The translations under genes were made by a program, and so were the position numbers. From NCBI GenBank assembly GCA_965208675.1, contig OZ242351.1:416001-480000 (forward strand): a stretch of 64,000 bases of DNA. The letters are read 5' to 3'. Numbering within the stretch: position 1 is the stretch's first letter; the number at the start of each line of letters is the position of its first letter. The DNA is from Candidatus Poribacteria bacterium. Lineage in GTDB: Bacteria > Poribacteria > WGA-4E > PCPOR2b. The notes under the pieces were generated by a model. The model did no database searches. It was not told the origin of the DNA and saw only the letters and a program-made list of their open reading frames with translations. This document shows, one piece after another, positions 53,030 through 61,589 of the stretch.

Positions 53030-53314
53030 CGCGCAAGCGGGTTAAAGAACACTCACCGTGCATCAAGAATAGACAGTGGACAATCCGTTTTTTTCGAAAC
53101 AAAGCCTATCGTAATGGTGTGCCGTTTTTTCAATTCGTTTTCTCCAAATAATTCGTGGAAATTTGTGATTCAGACAACTTCGAGATTTCAATCTTAGTTG
53201 CCTATCTGTCTTTTACAAAATCGGGATAGGGCGGTTCAGTTAAGAGATCGGTTCAGTAGGTTCGTGAGGGGTCTATCCAGTAAGATATGCTATGATTAAT
53301 TATGGAACTTCGAG

Positions 53315-54535
53315 ATGTTTGACAGTTTGACCGAACTGCGTGAAAAATTTTCCCTCGGAGAGGATTCAACTATTGAACTTAAAAGAGAGTTGCCTGAAAG
53401 ACAAAATCTTGCCGATGAGATAGTTGCTTTGACCAACACCCTCGGCGGTATCATACTGGTCGGCGTTGACAAGGATTGCATTATTTTTGGTATTGACCGT
53501 CAACATCTAGATCGAGATGAGCAAATCGTGGTTGATATATGTTGGGACATAATTGAGCCTAGAGCTCACATTGTTACAGAAAAGCTGAAGGTTGATTGTA
53601 GAAATCTGTTAAAAATAGATGTGTTACGTAGCCAATATGTTCACCGATCATCTAACGGTTATTTCATTCGCCACGGTAGCAGCAAAAGAAGGATGTCCAC
53701 CGAGGAATCGGTACGAGAATTTCAAAAAAATTTGCCGGGACGAATGATTCCTTTTGACGAACGGTCTGTGCCGAACACGCACAGAGACATATTGAGCAAT
53801 TCGATCTATAAACGATTTATTACAGAAGAAGCGACTAAGCGTGAGCAGATGGAAAACCTATTAATTAAAAGGCGTTTGCTAGTTAAGGAAAATGGCGAGT
53901 ACCATGCTTCGGTCGCCGGTGTATTGATGTGCTGTGAGAAACCCGATGATTATCTCGACAACAGTTTCATTCACGCGGCTTATTATGATGCATTGGAAAA
54001 AGATGTGAACTGCGAGATTGACATCGATGATTTCAGGGGACCGCTAGATCGACAGATTGTGGACGCCTTCAAATTTGTTGAAAAATACAACCATGTTTCG
54101 GCTCGTAAGGAGATTGGTAGAATAGACCGACCGCAATACAGTATGAGAGCCGTTTTTGAGGCAGTGGTTAATGCCGTCGTCCACAGAGATTATTCAAAAT
54201 ACAATTCGAAAATTCGTCTGTTCTTGTTCGCGGACCGGTTAGAACTCTATTCGCCCGGTACATTGGTAGATAGCTTGACTATGGACAATTTGCCCTATGA
54301 GCAAGCAACTCGTAACAAACTCTTGGCTGACTTACTTTCGGAAATTACTCTCGACGACGATATGAGAACGCAGGTAGTTCGGCGAGACTTTTTGGGAAAT
54401 CGCGGCGATGGCGTCGGTATCATTTTGATCGAAAGCGAGAAGCTTAGCGGTAAAGCGCCTTTATACGAGCTGTTGGGTGAAGAATTGCGCTTGACAATCT
54501 TCGCGGCAGAATCCTTACAAGAAGCGGAATCGTAG
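53315..54535 (+). CDS. Schlafen/AlbA_2 DNA-binding domain protein with an HATPase_c_4 (RecG C-terminal-like) domain
   Basis: 'GEDSTIELKR', 'GGIILVGVD', 'EAVVNAVVHRDYS…RLELYSPG', 'RNKLLA'. Confidence 0.85.
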   Translation: MFDSLTELREKFSLGEDSTIELKRELPERQNLADEIVALTNTLGGIILVGVDKDCIIFGIDRQHLDRDEQIVVDICWDIIEPRAHIVTEKLKVDCRNLLKIDVLRSQYVHRSSNGYFIRHGSSKRRMSTEESVREFQKNLPGRMIPFDERSVPNTHRDILSNSIYKRFITEEATKREQMENLLIKRRLLVKENGEYHASVAGVLMCCEKPDDYLDNSFIHAAYYDALEKDVNCEIDIDDFRGPLDRQIVDAFKFVEKYNHVSARKEIGRIDRPQYSMRAVFEAVVNAVVHRDYSKYNSKIRLFLFADRLELYSPGTLVDSLTMDNLPYEQATRNKLLADLLSEITLDDDMRTQVVRRDFLGNRGDGVGIILIESEKLSGKAPLYELLGEELRLTIFAAESLQEAES

Positions 54536-54646
54536 GCACGATCAGGAATAAATAAAATCTGTCAAATTTGGATTCTTGAGATTTATCTCCATTCTTATCT
54601 GGCTCCGTTGAAATGTCAACAGAACCTAAACATTTTGCCGAAAACT

Positions 54647-55417
54647 ATGGACTATTTCTACATCAACACCAACCAAAGCAATGCCCCCGACCAATTCCCC
54701 GTCTGGTTAGACAACAACATGGCATTCGTACATGGCGAAAAGTTGGGGAAACGACTCGATAACCTCTCACCCGGCGACATCTGTCTGATGTATATTAGCG
54801 AGCGAGGTGTGAAAGCAGTGGGCGAAGTGCTCAACAATCGGGATAAGACACCGTATCGCAAGCACATGATTCGCCGGAAGGAAAGACTCGATGCAAACGA
54901 ATATCGAATCGATGTCCGTTGGTATCTCGTACTCCCGGAACCAATTACACCCGAAGTGCTCAGAATCAGGTATGGGCTTGAACCCTGGATCGGCACTGTC
55001 AATCGCATCATAGAGAAAAAGCATAAAGCCGAAGAACTGATACGCCACCTGGAGGAAAAATACGCACGAATCCCACAGCAAGTTGACGAGAACGAAATCG
55101 CTGAATCACATCGCGAAGGCAACCTACGCCAAATCACCGTCAATGCGCATGAACGCAATCAAAAAGCCAGAGCAAAATGTATTGCGCATTACGGATACTG
55201 TTGTGCTGTGTGTGGTTTCAATTTTGAGGCAAAGTATGGCGAGGTGGGACAAGGCGTCATTGAAGTGCACCACATAACGCCCTTGTCTCAAATCAGCGGC
55301 GAATATGCAGTCGACCCGATCGAAGATTTGATACCCGTTTGTTCCAACTGTCACACTATTATACATAAACAAAAACCGCCATACGGCATTGAAGAAGTTA
55401 CAGCACTTTTGAAGTGA
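54647..55417 (+). CDS. HNH endonuclease (McrA-like) with an EVE/PUA-like N-terminal domain; candidate modification-dependent restriction enzyme
   Basis: 'EG…HERN..AR..CI.HYG..C.VCGF.F…IEVHH…L.PVCSNCH..IH'; N-terminal 'LSPGDICLMY…GVKAVGEV'. Confidence 0.85.
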   Translation: MDYFYINTNQSNAPDQFPVWLDNNMAFVHGEKLGKRLDNLSPGDICLMYISERGVKAVGEVLNNRDKTPYRKHMIRRKERLDANEYRIDVRWYLVLPEPITPEVLRIRYGLEPWIGTVNRIIEKKHKAEELIRHLEEKYARIPQQVDENEIAESHREGNLRQITVNAHERNQKARAKCIAHYGYCCAVCGFNFEAKYGEVGQGVIEVHHITPLSQISGEYAVDPIEDLIPVCSNCHTIIHKQKPPYGIEEVTALLK

Positions 55418-55552
55418 GCGACAGGTAAAACTCATGGCGTCATCGCGTTAGATAAGCTGGGACAGTTTTTGTAGGTTGGGTTTCGCTACGCCAAACAAAT
55501 CTTGAACGCAATTATAGTCATTTAGGTTCATATTTACACAAGGAGGAATCGG

Positions 55553-55631
55553 CTGATTGACAATCGAGGCTAGGAAGCCTCTCCCACAATCCAATGAGTA
55601 AATGTATAATTTTTAGTCGCAATGGCTATAG
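55553..55631 (-). repeat. Right 79-bp terminal inverted repeat
   Basis: Reverse complement of 44953-45031 with 5 mismatches. Confidence 0.92.
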
Positions 55632-55731
55632 AATGTGCGGAAGCTGATGTGAAAGCGGGAAGGCTAAAGCGTTTGGGGTGCTGTTAGACAGGACTTTTGA
55701 CGTACAGTTTACTGATGGCGACTGTAGCATC

Positions 55732-55766
55732 CCGATTTTACGAAACGAACCCAAATCGAAGCCAAT
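55732..55766 (+). repeat. CGAAACGAACCCAAATCGAA-containing direct repeat, copy 2
   Basis: Matches 52995-53029. Confidence 0.75.
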
Positions 55767-55894
55767 TGTGGCGAAGTGTTTTCAATCCGTTTCATCCTTA
55801 AATCTGCGGCAATCCGTGATTCAGACAAATGCACTCGCCGGCGATGGGCGGAAGAATTGTGCAAAATCTGTCAAATTTTGTAAACTTTTGTCAA

Positions 55895-56079
55895 ATAGGA
55901 GCTACGCAGTTGAACATCCATAGGTTCGTAGTAGGGATTAAGGAAGCGAATAGCGACCGCGATGGGAATCCACGTTATTGCCCATTTCTGCATAAAAAAT
56001 ATGTCAGGTCAAGGAAATGAACGGCCTGCCGGACGCGCAATAAATTGCGCTACTACAAACTGAACCGCGTAAGTCCTAT
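55895..56079. repeat. MITE-like element with ATAGGA(C/G)(T/C)TACGC ends enclosing a GTAG-type REP
   Basis: Left end ataggagctacgcagtt, right end aaccgcgtaagtcctat; internal gtagtag…gcgcaataaattgcgc-tactac. Confidence 0.6.
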
Positions 56080-56210
56080 TTAGATTAGCGGTGTAAACTG
56101 CTTGGTTTTACGCCTCGCCGAGATTCGTCACCTCTATCTTCCTCGGTCCTCATAGGCCAAAGCTAATCCGCTTCAATGAATAGTGGAAATTCCAGAAACT
56201 AGACAACTAT

Positions 56211-57602
56211 ATGACAGATCAAACGAAGTTCGATGATTTGAAGAGCATTATTACACCGGCGCACATATCTCAAGATCCGGAGGACTTAGCACTTCACAGT
56301 TGTGACTGGTGGCCCATAGCTATCAAGCGACGGCAACAAGGCAGGACGCCGATGCGCCCGGAGCTAGTCGTGCGCCCTAGCATTCAAGACGAGGTATCAA
56401 GGATTCTCGCTTGGGCGAATCAGCGGGGTGTAGCGGTCACCCCGTGGGGAGCCGGTTCCGCCGTGACCGGTGCGCCCCTCCCTACACAGGAGGGCATCTC
56501 CTTGGACCTTTCGACTATGAATCGGACGCTCCACATCGATTCGATTGATCATCTTGTCCGCGTTGAAGCCGGCAAAATTGGAATTCAGTTGGAACAAGAA
56601 CTGAACGAGAAGGGATTCACGCTAAACCATTCGCCGCAGTCGCTGAATCGATCGAGCGTAGGCGGATGGCTGTCGACGCGCTCCAGTGGACAATTCTCGA
56701 GCCGTTGGGGCAATATAGAAGATTTGTGCATTTCCTTTACAGTCGTGCTCGCCAACGGCGAAGTTCTAACAATGCCCCAAACGCCTCGCGCCGCCGTTGG
56801 GCCGGACCTTCGCCATATTTTCATCGGTGCTGAAGGTACCTCTGGTGTAATCACCGAAGTTAGTCTCAAGATGTTTCCGCTTCCGGAAACTCGCTGCTAC
56901 GAGAGTTTTCGTTTTCCCAAACTTCATCAAGGCCTGAATGCCGTTCGGCAAATCATGCAGTCCGGTTTTCGTCCGTTTCTGGTGCGTTTGTATGACGCCG
57001 ATGAATCAAAGCATGTCATGGCAGACGAGCGATTTACAGATTCCGTTTTGTTTGTCGGCTGTGAGGGCATCCGGGAGGTTGCGATGGCTGAAATGCATGC
57101 CGCTACGGACATCTGTCTCCAGAGCGGCGGGGAAGCCATGGGACCAGGTCCAGCCGAATCCTGGATGCAGCGGCGTTTTGATTTCTCGACGTTTGAGCGC
57201 ACGCTAGACTTGCCCGGCGGAATTGCTGAGACCGTTGAGGTGTCACACTTCTGGAGCGAAGTGGAACACACGTATTGCGTAATGAAGGAGGCATTGCGCC
57301 CCTTTGTTGATCAGGTTCTGTGCCATTTTTCCCACGCCTATCCCCAAGGTACATCGCTTTACCTGATTCTCTTCGGGCAGGCTGTGGATGACCGAGAGGC
57401 AGAAAACACTATTCTACGGATTTGGGACGTGGCTATGGAGGCTGCTCTGCGCAAAGGCGCCGCCATCTCGCACCATCACGGGATTGGATTTGCGCGCCGA
57501 AAATATGTCGCACCGTATTTGGGCAGCGGATACAAAATGATCCAACAGTTGAAGGATGCGGTTGACCCGAACGGAATCATGAATCCCGGCAAATTGGTTT
57601 AA
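56211..57602 (+). CDS. FAD-linked oxidase (VAO/PCMH family; alkylglycerone-phosphate-synthase-like)
   Basis: 'VTPWGAGS', 'HSPQS…SSVGGW.STRSSGQFS..WG.IED', 'GPDL…IGAEGT.GVIT', 'CHFSHAY', 'SHHHGIG', 'DPNGIMNPGKL'. Confidence 0.88.
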   Translation: MTDQTKFDDLKSIITPAHISQDPEDLALHSCDWWPIAIKRRQQGRTPMRPELVVRPSIQDEVSRILAWANQRGVAVTPWGAGSAVTGAPLPTQEGISLDLSTMNRTLHIDSIDHLVRVEAGKIGIQLEQELNEKGFTLNHSPQSLNRSSVGGWLSTRSSGQFSSRWGNIEDLCISFTVVLANGEVLTMPQTPRAAVGPDLRHIFIGAEGTSGVITEVSLKMFPLPETRCYESFRFPKLHQGLNAVRQIMQSGFRPFLVRLYDADESKHVMADERFTDSVLFVGCEGIREVAMAEMHAATDICLQSGGEAMGPGPAESWMQRRFDFSTFERTLDLPGGIAETVEVSHFWSEVEHTYCVMKEALRPFVDQVLCHFSHAYPQGTSLYLILFGQAVDDREAENTILRIWDVAMEAALRKGAAISHHHGIGFARRKYVAPYLGSGYKMIQQLKDAVDPNGIMNPGKLV

Positions 57603-57616
57603 AAGGAGCGAATTCA

Positions 57617-58249
57617 ATGAATCTAGAGGCAATTGCCGCAGAGATGAGCGATGTTAGTGAAAAATTAGTCGTGACAGGCATGGTGCATCTGCTTGGCGGC
57701 AATTTTAGCGTGCGTGAAGGTGAAAAGATGGCAATTACCGGGCACCGGTCACCGAAGAGGGACTTATCAGGAAACGACTTGTTCGTTGCCGACGTAAACA
57801 GCGATGAATCAGTTGAAGGCGCTTCTTCGACGCTGGACATGCATCGATCAATATTCAGGATGACGGATGCCGACGCTATAATTCATGCGCACCCATACTA
57901 CGCGACATTACTATCATATTATACCGATGTCATCTGCCCGATTGATGAGAACAACATCTATTACCTCGGCGAACGGGTTTATTGTATCCAATCTGAAGGA
58001 TACATGAAGTGGGCATTGCTTGCGGATCAAATGGCGGAGTTACTTACCCGAAGTCCGGCGGCAGTCTTAAAATGGCACGGCAGTTTTGCGATTGGCGACT
58101 CCCTTGCGGAGGCGTTTAATCACACTCAGGCGCTTGAACAGGCATCTCGGTTCATATTGGATACACGCCGGCTCAAGCCGCACCTAGGTCCCCCCGATTT
58201 GCCCGATTACGCCAAGCACGATTCTTTTGAGGAATCGGGAAAATCCTGA
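57617..58249 (+). CDS. Class II aldolase/adducin family protein
   Basis: 'GGNFSVR', 'MHRSI', 'IIHAHP', 'LKWHG' (three Zn-binding His). Confidence 0.88.
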   Translation: MNLEAIAAEMSDVSEKLVVTGMVHLLGGNFSVREGEKMAITGHRSPKRDLSGNDLFVADVNSDESVEGASSTLDMHRSIFRMTDADAIIHAHPYYATLLSYYTDVICPIDENNIYYLGERVYCIQSEGYMKWALLADQMAELLTRSPAAVLKWHGSFAIGDSLAEAFNHTQALEQASRFILDTRRLKPHLGPPDLPDYAKHDSFEESGKS

Positions 58250-58264
58250 TTGCGTAGATAGGAA

Positions 58265-59677
58265 ATGACAATCGATATAAACCGGAATCCTGCAACGCTA
58301 GTATTGGACGTGGGCAAAACCAACGTCAAACTGCTGGTCATGAGCAAAACCGGGCATGTAATTGACGATGTAAGATTAGACAATCGATCGCTTGATGCGC
58401 CGCCGTATCCTCATTTGGACACAGAACGCGTTTGGCGGTGGCTGTTGGAAACGGCGAGCGGGTTTGCCAGAAAATATACAATTGATGCCATCGTACCGAC
58501 GACTCACGGCTGCGCCGCAGCCCTAGTAGGCGCCGGCGAGTTGGTTCTACCCATCCTTGACTATGAAGCAGAAATACCGGAAGATTCAGTGGAGGCGTTT
58601 CGCGCGGTCATGCCTACGTTCGAGGAGACCCAATCCCCGGATTTGCCCGGTGGTTTGAGTCTCGGTCGGCAACTGTTTTGGTTGCAGCGGGATTTTCCGG
58701 ATGAATTTGCGCGAGCAGAGTGGGTGCTCACCTATCCTCAATACTGGGCTTGGCGGTTGAGCGGCGTTGCGGCAAGCGAGGTTACTTCAATTAGTTGTCA
58801 CAGCCACCTGTGGCGTCCGCAAACCCGGTCATTTTCTTCGCTCGTGGAAGAACAGGGGTGGTACCGTCTGTTTCCACCAATTCGTCCTGCGTATGATGCG
58901 TTGGCGCCAATTCTTACTCAGGTCGCGCAGGCGGCGGGCATTTCTCCCGAGTGTAGGATATACAATGGTATTCACGATGCCAATGCAGCGTACAGTCGTT
59001 TCATGAGAGGCTATGCGGAGCCCTTTAACCTCCTGTCTACGGGAACTTGGGTCGTCCTGATTAACCCTAACCTACCCATAGCACGACTGAATGAGCATCG
59101 GGACACCATGGCACTGGCTGACCTTAACGGCAAGCCAGTACCTATGGGACGTTTCATGGGCGGCAGGGAGTTTGAAATTTTGAGCGCAGACGTTGGCGCT
59201 ACCAAAGAATTTTCGGAAGCGGACGTAAGAAGTGTAATCGCCAAACGCAGTTTTCTGCTGCCGTCTTTCGCTGCGGGCGGCCCATATATGGGACACCGCG
59301 GCTCGGAGATAGGGCAACAGGTAAGCACTAGCGGCGAAATCCTTGCGCGTGCGACGCTGTATTTGGCGATGATGACCACGACGAGCACGCGTATTCTCGA
59401 AATGGACGGCGATCTGATAATTACGGGCGGGTTTGTCAACAACCCGTGGTATTGCCGGTTGGTAGCAACATTGACAAGGTGCCGGCGCTGTTTTGTCGAT
59501 CATCAGTCTGAAAGCACAGCGCTTGGCGCGGGCATGTTGCCCGTATGGAACGATGACGATATTCAATGGCCGCTTGATTTGACACCCGTAGAAAAATTCC
59601 ACGATACAGACCTCTTGCAGTACGCCGAAGAGTGGCAACAATTGACCAACTTACAAGCAGCCGATGGCGCCAAGTAA
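58265..59677 (+). CDS. FGGY-family carbohydrate kinase (fuculo/rhamnulokinase-like)
   Basis: 'LDVGKTNVK', 'TTHG', 'GIHDANA', 'LSTGTW', 'RFMGGREF'. Confidence 0.88.
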   Translation: MTIDINRNPATLVLDVGKTNVKLLVMSKTGHVIDDVRLDNRSLDAPPYPHLDTERVWRWLLETASGFARKYTIDAIVPTTHGCAAALVGAGELVLPILDYEAEIPEDSVEAFRAVMPTFEETQSPDLPGGLSLGRQLFWLQRDFPDEFARAEWVLTYPQYWAWRLSGVAASEVTSISCHSHLWRPQTRSFSSLVEEQGWYRLFPPIRPAYDALAPILTQVAQAAGISPECRIYNGIHDANAAYSRFMRGYAEPFNLLSTGTWVVLINPNLPIARLNEHRDTMALADLNGKPVPMGRFMGGREFEILSADVGATKEFSEADVRSVIAKRSFLLPSFAAGGPYMGHRGSEIGQQVSTSGEILARATLYLAMMTTTSTRILEMDGDLIITGGFVNNPWYCRLVATLTRCRRCFVDHQSESTALGAGMLPVWNDDDIQWPLDLTPVEKFHDTDLLQYAEEWQQLTNLQAADGAK

Positions 59678-59834
59678 GACCAAAAAGGCGAGTCATAGTC
59701 TAAAACCCTCTTTCGGGTTACCGTAAATCGGAAATCCCCAAAAAGCGTAGCGAGGACCGGTCTGCATCAAAGGCGGCCGAGAATCCACTCAAAACGGCGC
59801 AATAATTTAAGCAACGACCGTTAGCGGGCATTTC

Positions 59835-60587
59835 ATGGAATTACAAGAAGCCATTGACCACCTCGACACCTACGGCTACTGTCTTCTCGAAAATCTCATT
59901 TCCGTTGAAAGTGCGGATTGCATGGCGGAGAAGTATTTCCAGCTTCATGAAGACCCTGCCAATCGGCGGTTGTTGCAAGATCCTAACGCTGAATTGTACC
60001 AAACGCTGTTCAGCGTTATAAACCTGGACGAAATGTGTTGGGATTGCATCATACATCCACAGGTGCTCACTGTAGTGCGTCACTTCTTGGGCGAGAACGC
60101 GCGGTCCTCAGGACAGGGGAGCACGAAATGGGTTAAGCCGGGCGCGCCGATGGGCGGATTGCATGTAGACTCCGCACACGACTTGCCGCCGAGATTACCA
60201 GATATTCCGTGGATGATTAATACAATTTGGATGATAACAGACTTCACGGAAGACAACGGAGCAACAATCGTTGTACCGTTCAGCCATAGGACAAGGCGAA
60301 GGCCTTTACCGGGGATAAGTCTATCGGACATGTGTTCGCTGTCCGTTACCGGACGCCGCGGTTCAGTCGTGCTTTGGCAGGGCGGTACGTGGCACGCCAA
60401 TGGCGCAAACACATCGCATGACAATCACCGAATGGGGCTGAACTTCGCCTACTTTCCGCCGTGGTGGAATCAGGGACGCGAAGGCGCGCATACAGTTTTA
60501 CCCGAGGTGTACGCACGGATGCCTAAAACTCTCCAAGATTTGTGCCGCCATAGGGTCGGTAAAGCACGGTCTGAGGCGCGTGGATGA
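59835..60587 (+). CDS. PhyH family dioxygenase
   Basis: 'LHVD', 'WMITDFTEDNGAT.VVPFSH', 'WHANGAN'. Confidence 0.9.
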   Translation: MELQEAIDHLDTYGYCLLENLISVESADCMAEKYFQLHEDPANRRLLQDPNAELYQTLFSVINLDEMCWDCIIHPQVLTVVRHFLGENARSSGQGSTKWVKPGAPMGGLHVDSAHDLPPRLPDIPWMINTIWMITDFTEDNGATIVVPFSHRTRRRPLPGISLSDMCSLSVTGRRGSVVLWQGGTWHANGANTSHDNHRMGLNFAYFPPWWNQGREGAHTVLPEVYARMPKTLQDLCRHRVGKARSEARG

Positions 60588-60660
60588 GCGGTTGGCGGAT
60601 TGTCTGCACTGAGAAATTGCCTGAAAAACGGTCTCACAGGGCGTTATGTAATTTCTCTCC

Positions 60661-60690
60661 TTGATCGCCGCTGCAATTTTGTGCTATAAT
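60661..60690 (+). promoter_or_regulatory. sigma70-type promoter TTGATC-N18-TATAAT with extended TG
   Basis: Perfect -10 with TGn, upstream of the LamG gene. Confidence 0.45.
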
Positions 60691-60812
60691 ACAGCCGTTA
60701 AGCACAGCTCAATTAAGTTGCTTGGCAAATAAGAACATCTTGATGTTTTTCCCGAGCAGTTTTAACCTGCTTTCCAGCAGCCAACCGGACATGTCAAATG
60801 GAGGTCATAACT

Positions 60813-61589
60813 ATGAGAACCACAGTCAGGTATCTAATGTTGGTATCGGTCGGTTTAATCCTCTTAGGACTGATATTCACCTCACACAATTACGCCCAGG
60901 TTAACCCAGATTCCTTTGCCGGGCTTTGGACCTTTGATGAAGGAGAAGGCAATGAAGCAAAAGATTCTTCAGGCAACGGAAATGATGGGGAGTTTGTGGG
61001 CAACCCCGCTTGGGTCGAGGGGAAATTCGGCAACGCCTTACAGTTTGATGGCTCAAATCATGTTGATTGCGGCGATTCTCGCTCGCTAGATATTGACGGC
61101 GAAGCGCTAACACTGATGGCGTGGGTAAAGCCAAACACAACACAGGGGTTGGATGGAATAATTGAAAAAGAGTGCGGCGCTAATGCCGGTTACAATCTCT
61201 ATTTGGATAACGGCAAAATCCATTTCAGGATGTTTGCCGGCGGGAATGTCGCTGTAGATGCTGTCGATGGGGTTCCCAACAATTCATGGTCGCATATCGC
61301 CGCGGTCTATGACGGTTCTAAGATGAAAGTTTACATCGACGGCGAATTTAACGCGGAAAGAGATCAAAGCGGTAATATAACGACTAATGATATCAAGTTA
61401 GCTATTGGCGCAAGCAGCGAGTGCGGGCGGGGGTACGATGGCGCCATCGACGAAGTCGCTATATTAAACGTTGCCTTGTCCGAAGATGAGATTAGCGATG
61501 TTATGAAGAATAGGTTTCCAGGCGTAAACGCCGTTTCGCCCAACGAAAAAATCGCAACGACCTGGGCTCGGCTAAAATCCGATGGCTAG
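60813..61589 (+). CDS. Secreted LamG/concanavalin-like domain protein with C-terminal 'AVSPNEKIATTWARLK' motif
   Basis: RBS GGAGGT; signal peptide; 'LWTFDEGEG…DSSGNGNDG', 'WSHIAAVYDG…YIDG', 'G.IDEVAI.N.ALS..EI'. Confidence 0.9.
   Translation: MRTTVRYLMLVSVGLILLGLIFTSHNYAQVNPDSFAGLWTFDEGEGNEAKDSSGNGNDGEFVGNPAWVEGKFGNALQFDGSNHVDCGDSRSLDIDGEALTLMAWVKPNTTQGLDGIIEKECGANAGYNLYLDNGKIHFRMFAGGNVAVDAVDGVPNNSWSHIAAVYDGSKMKVYIDGEFNAERDQSGNITTNDIKLAIGASSECGRGYDGAIDEVAILNVALSEDEISDVMKNRFPGVNAVSPNEKIATTWARLKSDG

Larger units (their letters stand above)
48821..53177. mobile_element. Inverted-repeat-bounded single-gene sub-cassette
   Basis: tggtctgaatcgcaaatt (48821-48838) matches the reverse complement of 53160-53177 (ttgtctgaatcacaaatt) at 16/18; encloses the STAND gene. 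Confidence 0.5.
44956..55628. mobile_element. Non-autonomous cargo element with IS630-like ends carrying defence genes
   Basis: 79-bp TIRs; TA on both sides (44954-44955, 55629-55630); the empty site reconstructs to CTAG; no transposase recognised inside. Confidence 0.72.

Noticed and set aside
52785-53197. Short ORFs containing 'LRNEPKSKPI' / 'AKRTQIET' (also 55678-55923)
   Set aside because: The shared peptide is just the translation of the non-coding DNA repeat.
44655-56079. Outer ATAGGACTTACGC inverted pair as the true boundary of the whole island
   Set aside because: The right copy has a nearer partner at 55895 and the motif is dispersed elsewhere in the window, so long-range pairing is not demonstrated.
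44700-56100. CRISPR array or integron attC array
   Set aside because: No regularly spaced identical repeats with unique spacers, no consistent RYYYAAC…GTTRRRY sites, and no cas or intI gene recognised.
59072-59641. Long antisense or overlapping ORFs (e.g. 59072-59641, 33291-33938, 15791-16282)
   Set aside because: They are shadows of well-supported genes on the opposite strand, with no recognisable motifs.
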